Source: a virus (lineage: Duplodnaviria > Caudoviricetes). Taken from it: DNA of 60,906 bases. Position numbers and translations under genes: made by a program. Positions 18,605-28,124 of the stretch are shown one piece after another (the first letter of the stretch is position 1; each line of letters opens with the position of its first letter). The notes beneath the pieces are model-generated. The model saw only the letters and a list, made by a program, of their open reading frames with translations, was not told where the DNA came from and made no database searches. The DNA is taken from positions 1-60,906 of IMG/VR virus record IMGVR_UViG_3300036766_000064. One strand, written 5' to 3'.

Positions 18605-21091
18605 CTACCCGCGCTTCCAAATACTCAGCATCGTGTTGCGGTAGAACGGCCGGTCGCTGGTGGTCGTGATCGCGATCCCATCGTTGCCGGAAGTGCAATT
18701 GATCTGCAGGACGAGGGTACTCTGTGCGGTCAGGGTGAAGTCGCCTGAGATTGCATTCAGCAACGAGGTACCGGAAGTCGTGCTGTGCAACAATGCTGTA
18801 CCCGCTGTCGAATTGTAGAGCCGCGCAATAGCGTTCGTGCCTGAGGCGTACACCACCCCCTCAACGTTATACCGCCCCGCTGGTAACACCAACTGGTTCG
18901 ACGTGTTCAGTGCGGTAAAGCCGTGCTGGTCCTGAACCACGGTGTTCAACGTCGCTGTGGTCCAAGTGTTTGCAGTCATGGCTGCTGTAACGCTGTCGTT
19001 CGATACCCGCGCAAGTGACCCGTTCTCGTCCATGCGGATCGCGCGCAGGGTGCTGGCGTCCGACTGCACGGCAACCATCTCGCCCGGAAGCAACACCTGA
19101 TCCGAGCAGCGATTCAGGGATACCGCGCTTACCGAGCCATTGAATGGCACATCTAGACTGTTACAGTAGAACCCCATCGTGGTATGCGCGGCGGAGGCAA
19201 CGATGTATTCCGTGTACGTCCCGCTCACATACCGACGAGGTAGCTGTTGAGACCCGATGTATGGGGCAACCCCACCCGTGCCAACGCCCACGGTGTAGGT
19301 CAGCTTGTACGTCGCACCTGAAGTGAGAGCCGAGATGGTCTGCACTGCGGAGGCGGTCGTATCTCCGAACCACGTCGCGATACCGAACCCTTGATCCGTT
19401 GCCGAACTCAGGTCTCGGATCACTACGTTATCCAGCGTCCCGGTGAAGGTGCCCACCCCGTCGAATGCCGGTTTCGTCGTGTCCGTTGCATAGAGTACAT
19501 CACAGTAGGTTCCAGAGACCCCGTGTGTGTACCCATTGTTTCCGCCCAACTGCACCCGGACGCTACCGGATGTCACAACTACGTCATACGTGACACTGTA
19601 GAAATGCCCTGCGGTAATGAAGGTTGCAGCGGAGGGCGTGATTGTGTTGCCTGTGGCTGTCGCTACCGCGACCCCGCCCGCAATCGTCCAGCCCCCGCCT
19701 TTCGTCCAGTCGGTATCGGCAGCGAACGTGCCATTCACCGCGAGGTCTGTGCCCTGATACATCCACCGACCGGACAAGTCTTTGCAGGTGACGTTATCGA
19801 CCGTGCCGGTGAAGCTCCCCGAACCGCGTTGGAAGGTCAGGTTGCCCGTGGTGGTCGTGACAACAGTTTCAACATATGACCCTGTGGTCTTGTTGGTCGA
19901 AGTAACGCCGCCGAGGATGGCATTTACATTGTTGATACTCGCCGTTACATCGAACGTCAAAATGTAGGTGTGCCCGACGGTGATACTTAGTGCGGCAGTC
20001 GGCGCAAGTGTAATTCCTGATGTGGTAGCCGTAGCAACCGCCGTACCTGCAGAGATCGTCCAGTTCGTTCCCTTCGTCCAATCCGTATCTGCCCCGAAAC
20101 CGCCGTTCACGATCATGTCGGTTGGCGTACCAGCCACCGTGAACGCATTCGTATTCACAAGGTTCGATCCGCCAGAGGTAGCGGATAGATCAAGTTCAAC
20201 CGTACCAGTACCGGAGTTGCGAAGGTAGGCGTACCAACCATCCCCCAACGTCGCAGCCGCAGTGAAGGTTTGCGTAAAACTTCCACTGGTAATGTCGATT
20301 AATTTAGTGGTATCAGCAGCAGCAAGAATCGTGTTCGAGGTTCTGGCCGATCTGGAAATTGATGCCGTAATATTGGCGCCCCACGAAGCAGTAGCCCCAT
20401 CTGTGGTGACATACTTCCCCGCATTCCCTGCCTGATTCGGCAACGCAGCCGACATACCAACCCCATCCACATACCCCTTCGTCGCCAGTTGCGTCGAAGT
20501 CGTCGGAACAGGGCCAACAGGGGAAGCCGTGAAGGTTGCTATCCCGGTAACTCCGAGCGTCCCGCCGACCGTCAGATTCCCGGAGAACGACGCAACACCG
20601 CTTGTCGCATTGACCGTGAACTTGGTGCTCGCTACCGCAAAGTCGCCTGCGCAGGAAAGCGTGGTCGAGAACGTTCCCGCCTTCGCGGCAAGCGTTGTAT
20701 TGTTGACGGTGAGCGTACCCGTAGCCGCCCCAATACTCGCAGTGGTTGCAGCTGCCCCAATCACTACCGTAGTTGATGCAGCCAACAGATTGAACGTCGC
20801 CGAGGTACTCGTCAGGTCCCCGCCATTTACAGCAAGGTCCCCGGTAATCGTTGCATTGTTCGTGACCGCAAGAGCCGGTGCGGTGAACGTAGTACCATCG
20901 AACGTAAAGCCTGCGGTTGTGGTCGAAGCCGTCGCCCCTGCATTGATATGCAGCACACGATTCGCCGCCCCGGTGTAACTCGCGATCTTGGCAAACCCGG
21001 CTTCAATCTCCGTGAAAACAGCGCGAATGACGGACGAATCGCCATCCGAGTCGTTGGCCGGGTCCTGGGAGAATGTGAAGTAATCGCTCAT
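18605..21091 (-). CDS. Tail fiber / receptor-binding protein with repeated carbohydrate-binding-like modules
   Basis: Thr/Gly-rich; repeated NGxFxADTDWTKG.xWTIxxG modules; start MSDYF is ATGA-coupled. Confidence 0.75.
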   Translation of the reverse strand: MSDYFTFSQDPANDSDGDSSVIRAVFTEIEAGFAKIASYTGAANRVLHINAGATASTTTAGFTFDGTTFTAPALAVTNNATITGDLAVNGGDLTSTSATFNLLAASTTVVIGAAATTASIGAATGTLTVNNTTLAAKAGTFSTTLSCAGDFAVASTKFTVNATSGVASFSGNLTVGGTLGVTGIATFTASPVGPVPTTSTQLATKGYVDGVGMSAALPNQAGNAGKYVTTDGATASWGANITASISRSARTSNTILAAADTTKLIDITSGSFTQTFTAAATLGDGWYAYLRNSGTGTVELDLSATSGGSNLVNTNAFTVAGTPTDMIVNGGFGADTDWTKGTNWTISAGTAVATATTSGITLAPTAALSITVGHTYILTFDVTASINNVNAILGGVTSTNKTTGSYVETVVTTTTGNLTFQRGSGSFTGTVDNVTCKDLSGRWMYQGTDLAVNGTFAADTDWTKGGGWTIAGGVAVATATGNTITPSAATFITAGHFYSVTYDVVVTSGSVRVQLGGNNGYTHGVSGTYCDVLYATDTTKPAFDGVGTFTGTLDNVVIRDLSSATDQGFGIATWFGDTTASAVQTISALTSGATYKLTYTVGVGTGGVAPYIGSQQLPRRYVSGTYTEYIVASAAHTTMGFYCNSLDVPFNGSVSAVSLNRCSDQVLLPGEMVAVQSDASTLRAIRMDENGSLARVSNDSVTAAMTANTWTTATLNTVVQDQHGFTALNTSNQLVLPAGRYNVEGVVYASGTNAIARLYNSTAGTALLHSTTSGTSLLNAISGDFTLTAQSTLVLQINCTSGNDGIAITTTSDRPFYRNTMLSIWKRG

Positions 21092-23208
21092 TGTTGTATG
21101 TACCGGCGCGGCGCCCACATGATCAATGCACCCGAGTAACGCACGGCTTCATGGTAGTCAGAATTTCCTCGAATGATGATGGAGAGATTCTCCCCCTCCC
21201 CGCCCATGTCCACCTGCGAAGGCATCAGGGTTTGTCCGTCCCAAACAAAGTCATCCCACGTCATTGAATCCCACTGCGCGTAGGAGAAACTCGTAACCTC
21301 CTCATCCGGGTCCAGATCGGCAACCGCCGTATCCGACGAAGGCTGCGCAATCGAGGTCGAGCCATACCCCAACTTGTAGGTGAACGAAAACGACGAGTAC
21401 CCGGTTCCGGCCACTTCCAAAGCGGCTGAGTGAAACCGCTTGATCAACTGCGGGGAGCCAAGGAAATCCCACGTCAGGTTGATGTTCGACACAATGGCAT
21501 CGCCATCGAAGCTCGTCCCCTTCTCCATCTGGTAGACCATGCCATCGGTCGAGCCAAAGAAGATACTTTCCGTCCCATCCGATTCTTCAGACGAGAATGC
21601 ACAGGACACAACTTTCGGAAACCGTACCACCATGATCGCCGGTTGCTTCCCGGAAACCGTGATGAACAGCGCGTAGCCATCCGAGAAGAACACCCGGTAC
21701 TGGCTCTTGTCCCGCGAAACACAGGATTCCGTGATGGTGGATCGCCGCGAATTCAGCCAGGTCCGCACCCGTGTCGTAATCGCGGAATGCGTGAAGTTTC
21801 CGAATTCCTGCGCCGTCCTCAGAGTCGTTACCCCCCTGTCGTCCAGAAACAGCGTATAGCCCACGTCCTGAATCGAATAGGCATACGCCCCGAGCTCGCG
21901 CCGGTATGGCACAAGGTTCCAATCCGACACCCCGGAGCCATAGAGCGTGTATGTCAGGTTCCGACAGAAAATCGTCATGGCGCCGGTAGCCACAGTGCCA
22001 ACCCCGCTTGAACCACCCGGCTGCGATTGAAACCCCGTCCCGTTGTCGCCTACCGCAATCTCGGAAGCCCCGAGCACCGCGGACCAAACATACGGAAAGC
22101 CTGGCGCTGAGTGCTGCACTGAGCTTGCGAAGAAGTAGAACAACTGCTTTTTGTGGCATTCGACGTGCGTCGGCGCGTCCGTTGTCATGCCGGTCGTGAT
22201 CGGCACATAGATGTCATCGGCAAATTCAAATCCCCGATTCACACAATCGCATCCATAGACTCGCTTGGTCGATGAACCGCCGCTGAAATTATCAACCTTG
22301 CATTCGTACCGGCCTGTCGGCAGGATCACGATAGCGGTCTGGATTGCGGTCAACGTGAAATTGATCGCACCATCCGTAGCGGCACCACCGGCAAAGTTTC
22401 CTCCGGCCGGTGTGGTAATGATCAATCTCCCGGCCGCCGTATTCGCCGCCCATGACCCCGAGGTACGGACCACGCGCTTGATGGTCGCCGTCACTCCCCC
22501 TTGCGTGAGGGTCGTTCCTTCCGCCGGTTCGGTCGCTCCCCCTGCGGTAAAGGCAATTTCCTTGTGCAGCGTGACCTGAGTCCAACCAGCGGCCGACGAC
22601 TTCCAGAGATTCGCCGCCGTACCCCCGGCATTGTTCCGAAACTGGTAGGTGTAGCCGCCAAACCTGAAAACCCCGAGAACCCCACCAGATCCTGTCGGCA
22701 CTGCAATGTCCGCCCGATATACGTCCGCGGCAAGGTTCTTGTACTGCGCCCGGAGTAAGGCCGTCGTCGCCCGATACCGGGTCGAGGTCGTGGTAGCTTG
22801 CGCCACCCCCGCGACCTTCAATGTCTCCCCGGATTGAAAGGTGCCCGTGATCTTCGTAATCACGACGGACACCGAATCCGGCAGGGCAATGACTACCCCC
22901 GTAGCCGCAGAGGTACCGCCAGTGACCGTATTCCCAACCGCCAGCGTCCCGGTCAGGGTGATATCCAGAACGTAAGCCACGCCATCCGAAGGGCTGGTGT
23001 GCCCATCAGATCGCTCGTAACCCATGACCCTGGTGTAACCGCCAAGCACGTCCTGCTCATAGTTCAAGGCTGAGCGCACGAAGCCCGGCAGTTTCGACAA
23101 TGGGGGAGTTTCAAAGTCGGCGCCCCCATTGAACCGCAAGGCGTAGGGCCTGGGCTTCGCCTGCTGTAGCCCACCCATTGCGCGCTGAAGCTGGCTCTTG
23201 CTGATCAT
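21088..23208 (-). CDS. Tail tubular protein B / nozzle (P22 gp10-like)
   Basis: 706 aa, beta-rich propeller-like C-half, WDxxxWD motif; precedes the fiber. Confidence 0.7.
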   Translation of the reverse strand: MISKSQLQRAMGGLQQAKPRPYALRFNGGADFETPPLSKLPGFVRSALNYEQDVLGGYTRVMGYERSDGHTSPSDGVAYVLDITLTGTLAVGNTVTGGTSAATGVVIALPDSVSVVITKITGTFQSGETLKVAGVAQATTTSTRYRATTALLRAQYKNLAADVYRADIAVPTGSGGVLGVFRFGGYTYQFRNNAGGTAANLWKSSAAGWTQVTLHKEIAFTAGGATEPAEGTTLTQGGVTATIKRVVRTSGSWAANTAAGRLIITTPAGGNFAGGAATDGAINFTLTAIQTAIVILPTGRYECKVDNFSGGSSTKRVYGCDCVNRGFEFADDIYVPITTGMTTDAPTHVECHKKQLFYFFASSVQHSAPGFPYVWSAVLGASEIAVGDNGTGFQSQPGGSSGVGTVATGAMTIFCRNLTYTLYGSGVSDWNLVPYRRELGAYAYSIQDVGYTLFLDDRGVTTLRTAQEFGNFTHSAITTRVRTWLNSRRSTITESCVSRDKSQYRVFFSDGYALFITVSGKQPAIMVVRFPKVVSCAFSSEESDGTESIFFGSTDGMVYQMEKGTSFDGDAIVSNINLTWDFLGSPQLIKRFHSAALEVAGTGYSSFSFTYKLGYGSTSIAQPSSDTAVADLDPDEEVTSFSYAQWDSMTWDDFVWDGQTLMPSQVDMGGEGENLSIIIRGNSDYHEAVRYSGALIMWAPRRYIQQ

Positions 23209-23408
23209 CGCCGGCCCCTTCTACGGGCGCGGATGATCCATTCTCGGGCAGAACTTGTTGGCGTACTCCTTGCAGCTTCCCCGGAAATAGAAGCTCCTCC
23301 ACCAGCAAGGACCCCGATCGCGTTGTAGGTCAGCGGTTGCCTTGAAGTTGGGTTGTGACTCGCGTAGCACGTCCCAAAACGACTTGGATTGTTCGCGTAG
23401 TACGTCAT
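23205..23408 (-). CDS. Hypothetical protein
   Basis: 67 aa, ATGA-coupled on both sides, Arg-rich tail. Confidence 0.5.
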   Translation of the reverse strand: MTYYANNPSRFGTCYASHNPTSRQPLTYNAIGVLAGGGASISGEAARSTPTSSAREWIIRARRRGRR

Positions 23409-24124
23409 ACCACCGTGTCCTTGACCAATAGGGATTCAGCAACGCCCCCGGGTGCGGTTGTGGGTATCTCCACCACGGCGACGTAGGCGAACCCACCAAC
23501 AGGAACAAGACCGGTGTATTGCATGTCGAACTGGCCAGCGGCATCGGTGACGACGGTAGCCTTGTCAGTGCGCGCGCCAAACAACCTTTGCGGTGCATTT
23601 TCCACCACGCCAGAATCGTATTCGGCAATCCATGCCTTGACCGATTGACTAACCACAAGGGCATCACGCGAATCGCAAAGCAGGAAGCGGACGCGCTTCG
23701 ACAGCTCGTCGAACTGGATCACGCTGGCGAGCTTCTTGATCTCGATGCCGCCGGTGACGGCGACGGTGCCGCCGGTGGCCTGGTCGTAGCTGATCTTGAC
23801 CACGTCGCCCGCATGCAGCGTGGTGTTGACCTGGAATATCGCGTCGCTGGTGCCGGAGCCGGAGACGTAGGTCAGAGTCTTCGCCACGCCGTTGACCGTG
23901 ATCGACCAGCCCGAGGCGTCGATGGTGACCGCCTCGGTGAAATACATGGTGACGTTCTGCGTGCTGCCGGACCAGGAACGCCCGTCGTCGGTAGACTTCA
24001 TGCGCATCAGCGCGGGCGCGAGGACCTCTGGGATTTCCGGGTCGAGGTCGGTGAATCGGTAGCGGTTCGGAAAATCGTTGAACGACTGCGGTTCGATCTG
24101 CATCCCGACGCTGTTGAAGATCAT
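23405..24124 (-). CDS. Virion accessory protein with SwmB/Ig-like domain
   Basis: VTMYFTEAV...WSITVNG...GDVVKISY resembles the SwmB repeat. Confidence 0.55.
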   Translation of the reverse strand: MIFNSVGMQIEPQSFNDFPNRYRFTDLDPEIPEVLAPALMRMKSTDDGRSWSGSTQNVTMYFTEAVTIDASGWSITVNGVAKTLTYVSGSGTSDAIFQVNTTLHAGDVVKISYDQATGGTVAVTGGIEIKKLASVIQFDELSKRVRFLLCDSRDALVVSQSVKAWIAEYDSGVVENAPQRLFGARTDKATVVTDAAGQFDMQYTGLVPVGGFAYVAVVEIPTTAPGGVAESLLVKDTVV

Positions 24125-24125
24125 G

Positions 24126-25346
24126 CTACTCGCCGCAGAACGTGAGTGTTCCGCTGTAGCTTGTCGCGGTAGTCGCGGCTTTAGGCATCTCGATCATCGA
24201 CAGGCAGGCGTTGTCTTCGATGTGGGCCAGATTGAATGAGCCACGCAATCCATCTCTAACGCATACAAGTAGCGCAGCCCAATGCGGCAACATCACAATC
24301 GGATGACCAATGCAGATGTCCATAGTACCGGTAGCGACCGCTGCCGACAGCTCGACCTTGGTCATCTCGCGTACCCCGTAGTCGCCGGCGGCGAGCGGCA
24401 TGAACCAGCCCGGCGCGTTGACTACGATGTCGATCTGCGCCACCGGGCAAGCCGAAATCCCGGCGATCAGCGGCAGGTTTGCGCCAGTGTTGCCGTCTTG
24501 GTCGGTGTAGACGCAGCCGCCGTTGGCGGAGCCACCGAGGACCCAGTTATGCGCGGTGCCGGCGAGGACGGTGGTCGGGTTGGCCGGAAACAGGAAGTTG
24601 CCGCCGCAGAAACTCAAGCTTGACGGGGTGGTGCTGGTATAACGGCTCGGGACGCCAGTGATGGCTTGGTTTGCGGTAGAGTTTGGATTGATGGCGGCAG
24701 CAAATAAACGGTCGATCAACATCAAATTCATGTTGATGACGGTCGCCATCGGCTCGGCCAGAACGAAGTGACCAGTACCAGCGCTCGCCGGATTGACATA
24801 CGGTATCGCTCCGGTGGAGGCATTTGTGGGAACCGTCCCCCCCGGCACGGCGGCGCCGGCAGCGCCAGCCACAGGTTGAGATGCGCGGGTCCACAGGTCC
24901 ATTGCGCCACCGATCGCGGAGGCGCCGACGCCGGTCTTGGCGTAGTAGAAGAACTGCGCCTTGCCGCCGGTCATCGCCGCATAGACGGCATCGGCGGAGG
25001 CGAAGGCGTTGTAGGTGCGGTCCCGCGCGGAGAATTTGCCGCGGCCGCGCGTGTTGACCATGCGATGCACGGCGGCGCGGCGCGCGAGCTTTTCACGGCG
25101 AACGCTCTCGCCCAGGCGATCGACCGCTGACGCCTCGCCGCTGGTGAGAATCTTCCCGCAGAAGTCCCCGCCGGGCATAGCGTACACGTTACCCGGAACA
25201 CCAGCGACCGCAATCGGGAAATAGAAGTCGCGCATATTTCTGGATAACTGCTCGACCACCTCGCCCCCGAGCCATTTTTCGAGGTGCTGCGAGTTGGTCG
25301 GCTTCCAGTTGTCGAGCCCGGGGCGAAGCAGGATTTCAGGATTCAT
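24126..25346 (-). CDS. Putative virion structural protein
   Basis: 406 aa, Gly/Ala/Thr-rich beta-type body behind a basic N-terminal segment. Confidence 0.6.
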   Translation of the reverse strand: MNPEILLRPGLDNWKPTNSQHLEKWLGGEVVEQLSRNMRDFYFPIAVAGVPGNVYAMPGGDFCGKILTSGEASAVDRLGESVRREKLARRAAVHRMVNTRGRGKFSARDRTYNAFASADAVYAAMTGGKAQFFYYAKTGVGASAIGGAMDLWTRASQPVAGAAGAAVPGGTVPTNASTGAIPYVNPASAGTGHFVLAEPMATVINMNLMLIDRLFAAAINPNSTANQAITGVPSRYTSTTPSSLSFCGGNFLFPANPTTVLAGTAHNWVLGGSANGGCVYTDQDGNTGANLPLIAGISACPVAQIDIVVNAPGWFMPLAAGDYGVREMTKVELSAAVATGTMDICIGHPIVMLPHWAALLVCVRDGLRGSFNLAHIEDNACLSMIEMPKAATTATSYSGTLTFCGE

Positions 25347-25521
25347 TGCACGGCCTCATGTAAATGTCCGCGCATTCCGGCGCGACCCACATTCCGTTGA
25401 TTTTTTCCGGGCATGGCGTACCTATCCCGGGACGGTTGAATTGAATCGGCGTGCCGCACACTTCACACACAAAATGCACGTCCTGCGGGTCTTCATCGGT
25501 GTAAATCAGAACGTGGCTCAT
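25336..25521 (-). CDS. Small Cys-rich protein
   Basis: Start MSHVLIY (ATGA overlap); CEVC plus further Cys. Confidence 0.5.
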   Translation of the reverse strand: MSHVLIYTDEDPQDVHFVCEVCGTPIQFNRPGIGTPCPEKINGMWVAPECADIYMRPCNES

Positions 25522-25907
25522 GCCGGTAACGCCGTGTAGGTGAGACTTGTACAAGTCACGATATCGCCCGCAAGAATGGTCAAGCCCGCAGCAAGATTGA
25601 TATCCCCGGTGGCGACAGTTACATCACAGTGAATGACCAACGTACCCCCAGAGGTTTGCAATGAAGCTGCGGCCACCGGAGCAGCGTTCCCCGTAGCGTT
25701 TCCATCCTGAGTGATGGAGTTAGCCGTTGCGATACCAGCCACGGCATCGGCGAAACCATCGGCGGAGAGTACAAGGGTTGAAACCGCAGTACCCGGAGCG
25801 CCAATCGTTCCGGCAAGCCGAAAGACGAGTTTTCCGCTGACTCCGAGGAGAGCCGTTACCGCGTCAGTCGCCGCGTTCCGCGCTGGTGTCGAGTGCGTGG
25901 TCGTCAT
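25518..25907 (-). CDS. Putative virion structural protein
   Basis: 129 aa; RNAATDAV...GDINL pattern common in phage minor structural proteins. Confidence 0.6.
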   Translation of the reverse strand: MTTTHSTPARNAATDAVTALLGVSGKLVFRLAGTIGAPGTAVSTLVLSADGFADAVAGIATANSITQDGNATGNAAPVAAASLQTSGGTLVIHCDVTVATGDINLAAGLTILAGDIVTCTSLTYTALPA

Positions 25908-26019
25908 GTTTTTCTTCTTGTACCGTGCCCACCAAAGCGAATGTCTCCACCTTGCCGTTCGCCCTCTGAATGGTCAGGGTGAAGTGCAGTTCAGCGGGTT
26001 GCCCCTGTAGATCGTTCAT
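25864..26019 (-). CDS. 51-aa hypothetical protein (not in ORF track)
   Basis: MNDLQGQPAELHFTLTIQRANGKVETF...; ATGA overlap with the 26016 stop. Confidence 0.5.
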   Translation of the reverse strand: MNDLQGQPAELHFTLTIQRANGKVETFALVGTVQEEKHDDHALDTSAERGD

Positions 26020-26573
26020 TCCGCGAGCGCGGCCTTCATCGCCTCTTTTGCCTTGGCGAGCCTGGCAGTGACCTGATCGAGCTCTGCACCGGTTGAATCC
26101 AAACGAGCCTGCGCATCGTCGGCTTCCCTGCTGCGCTGGTTTGCAAGTTGGGTAATACTGGCTTCACGCGCGATGGCAGTATCAAGTATTTCCTGTGCCT
26201 GTCGCCTTGCCGTGCCAAGGATAGCCCCCGCTTCCGCATTCGCGTCAGCGGTGATCTTGCCCACACCAGCCAGAATGTCCGCCTTTGCCACCTGCCCCTC
26301 GTTGATCAGGGATTGCCTTGTATCCTTGGCGATGGCGTTCTGCCGGTCGATATCGTCCTGAATGGCAGTGAGGTTCCCGGTCAACCGGTCCGCTTCGGCA
26401 TTCGCTGCCGCCGCGCGCCGTTCCGCTTCTTCGGCGGAACCGGTCAGGGAGCCGATCTTGCTCACGACTTCCTGAATCAGCACCAGATCCTTCTGCTGCT
26501 GCGCGAGCCGGCCAAGGGTATCCGCGGCGCGCGCGAGGTCCGCCGCCGGCACAATGGGTTTGTTCTCGTCCAT
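26016..26573 (-). CDS. Coiled-coil protein
   Basis: 185 aa Ala/Gln/Glu-rich heptads. Confidence 0.65.
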   Translation of the reverse strand: MDENKPIVPAADLARAADTLGRLAQQQKDLVLIQEVVSKIGSLTGSAEEAERRAAAANAEADRLTGNLTAIQDDIDRQNAIAKDTRQSLINEGQVAKADILAGVGKITADANAEAGAILGTARRQAQEILDTAIAREASITQLANQRSREADDAQARLDSTGAELDQVTARLAKAKEAMKAALAE

Positions 26574-26957
26574 TTATCTCTCCTGTCCAGACCGCGGCCG
26601 GCGGCAAATCGCAATGACCTTGAGGTTCGTTGTCCCGTCCGCCGAACTGACCAGCGGCCTCATGTGTCCAATGACTTCCGTTACCTGCTTCACCAATCCT
26701 GACGTTGTCGCAAACGTCAATGCCTGGCCGAAAGCGTCGTTGAGCGTCCCGTACGTCGTTCCGTCGTCGTTGGAACCCTGCATGGTGACGGTCGCCCCGC
26801 CATAGGTTCCGATGACCTGAATCGAACGGTCAACGTAATCCATCCATTTTGCAGGCAATGGGGCGCCGTCGAGATCAGCGGCCACCAACAAATTCCATGT
26901 CACCTTGATGGCATTGGCCTGATAAACAGGATCGACGACGGGTAGGATAGTTGCCAT
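26574..26957 (-). CDS. Putative virion structural protein
   Basis: GTYGGATVTMQGSNDDG motif typical of small phage beta-sandwich proteins. Confidence 0.6.
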   Translation of the reverse strand: MATILPVVDPVYQANAIKVTWNLLVAADLDGAPLPAKWMDYVDRSIQVIGTYGGATVTMQGSNDDGTTYGTLNDAFGQALTFATTSGLVKQVTEVIGHMRPLVSSADGTTNLKVIAICRRPRSGQER

Positions 26958-27001
26958 TTCGTACCTCTCAAAAATGAAGGGCGCCTAAACGCCCGTTGTT
27001 G

Positions 27002-27415
27002 TTACGCTGCCGGTGACTCCACCAACTTGAGATCCGCCCGCACCGAAAAGAATGGTTCGAGCAACGCCAGGTCGGATTCCGAAATCTGGTTGCCAGCCTG
27101 AGAGTCCAGCCCTTCGACCAGCGCATCCATGTCGATGCCAACCGGGCCAATGTCAGATTCCATTTCCATCGCCGCATTGAATGCGACCATGAAAGCATCG
27201 AATTCCGGCTGCCCGGCATTGAGTTCAACCTGAGAACCTTCCGGCGCCCCGGCCGCTTTCCACAGGATTTGCAGGCGCACCGCGTTGATATCCTCTTGCT
27301 CCCGGTCCCACTTGCGGCCGTACTTCATCAGCCGATACGCCAGCTTGGGCGGCTTTTTCAGTTGCCCAAGATTCTTCCACGCAAATTGCGCGTTCCAAAT
27401 TTGTATCAGTTTCAA
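27002..27415 (-). CDS. Putative fiber assembly chaperone
   Basis: TTG start after GAGGAG; KLAYRL motif; follows the fiber/GT genes. Confidence 0.45.
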   Translation of the reverse strand: MKLIQIWNAQFAWKNLGQLKKPPKLAYRLMKYGRKWDREQEDINAVRLQILWKAAGAPEGSQVELNAGQPEFDAFMVAFNAAMEMESDIGPVGIDMDALVEGLDSQAGNQISESDLALLEPFFSVRADLKLVESPAA

Positions 27416-27431
27416 GGTACTCTCCTCAGAG

Positions 27432-28124
27432 TTACGCGACACCAATCTTGCGCTCCGGCAGATGTTGCGCTTGCGCGCGCGCCAGCCAGTCCGCAAAGTT
27501 CCCGGTCCACTTCTTCACGCCGACGTGGCCCGGATTCATGCTTTGGTCCAAATAGGTCTGGATGCCGTGCTCTTTCAGCTTCATGCCGACCATCGTGTCC
27601 TCGCCCACCAACACGCCGTTCACGGGCCTGATATCAAAAATCCAAGCGGATTCATCGCCGCCGGAAATCCGATACTTCTCCGAGTGATCCCAAAGCGTCT
27701 GCAGCGCCTTGCGCGAGTACCGAATGAAGCCGCAGCCCAAGGCATCCACCATCAGTAGCCCGGTCTTAAGATCGACCGGGATATTGAACGTCGAGGATTT
27801 GACGTTGTAGAGTTCTTGCGCGTCGCTCTTTTTCCGGACCGGCGCCCCGACGCAATCCACCGGGTAACTCAGCAGTTTCAGGATCCACTCAGGTTCCCAC
27901 TCCTGATCGGCGTCGATGAAAATCAGGTCATCGAAACCGTTGCGCAGGGTGATCGCCACCAGGTCGTTGCGAGCATTTTGGATCAGGGAGTCGTATGACA
28001 GGAAAATCTGGCGAAGTTCTACGCCAACCTTTGTGCAAAGCCGGATGGATTCGCACAGACTGTTGGCGTAGAAAACTTCCACCTGCCCGGTATGGGCAGG
28101 CGTCCCGATTACAACCCGCCTCAC
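27432..28124 (-). CDS. GT-A fold glycosyltransferase
   Basis: VVIGTP, SLIQNARN, LIFIDAD (DxD), GCGF, GED motifs. Confidence 0.85.
   Translation of the reverse strand: MRRVVIGTPAHTGQVEVFYANSLCESIRLCTKVGVELRQIFLSYDSLIQNARNDLVAITLRNGFDDLIFIDADQEWEPEWILKLLSYPVDCVGAPVRKKSDAQELYNVKSSTFNIPVDLKTGLLMVDALGCGFIRYSRKALQTLWDHSEKYRISGGDESAWIFDIRPVNGVLVGEDTMVGMKLKEHGIQTYLDQSMNPGHVGVKKWTGNFADWLARAQAQHLPERKIGVA

Noticed and set aside
23221-23667. 148-aa alternative-frame ORF
   Set aside because: Overlaps two better-coupled ORFs (23205-23408, 23405-24124).
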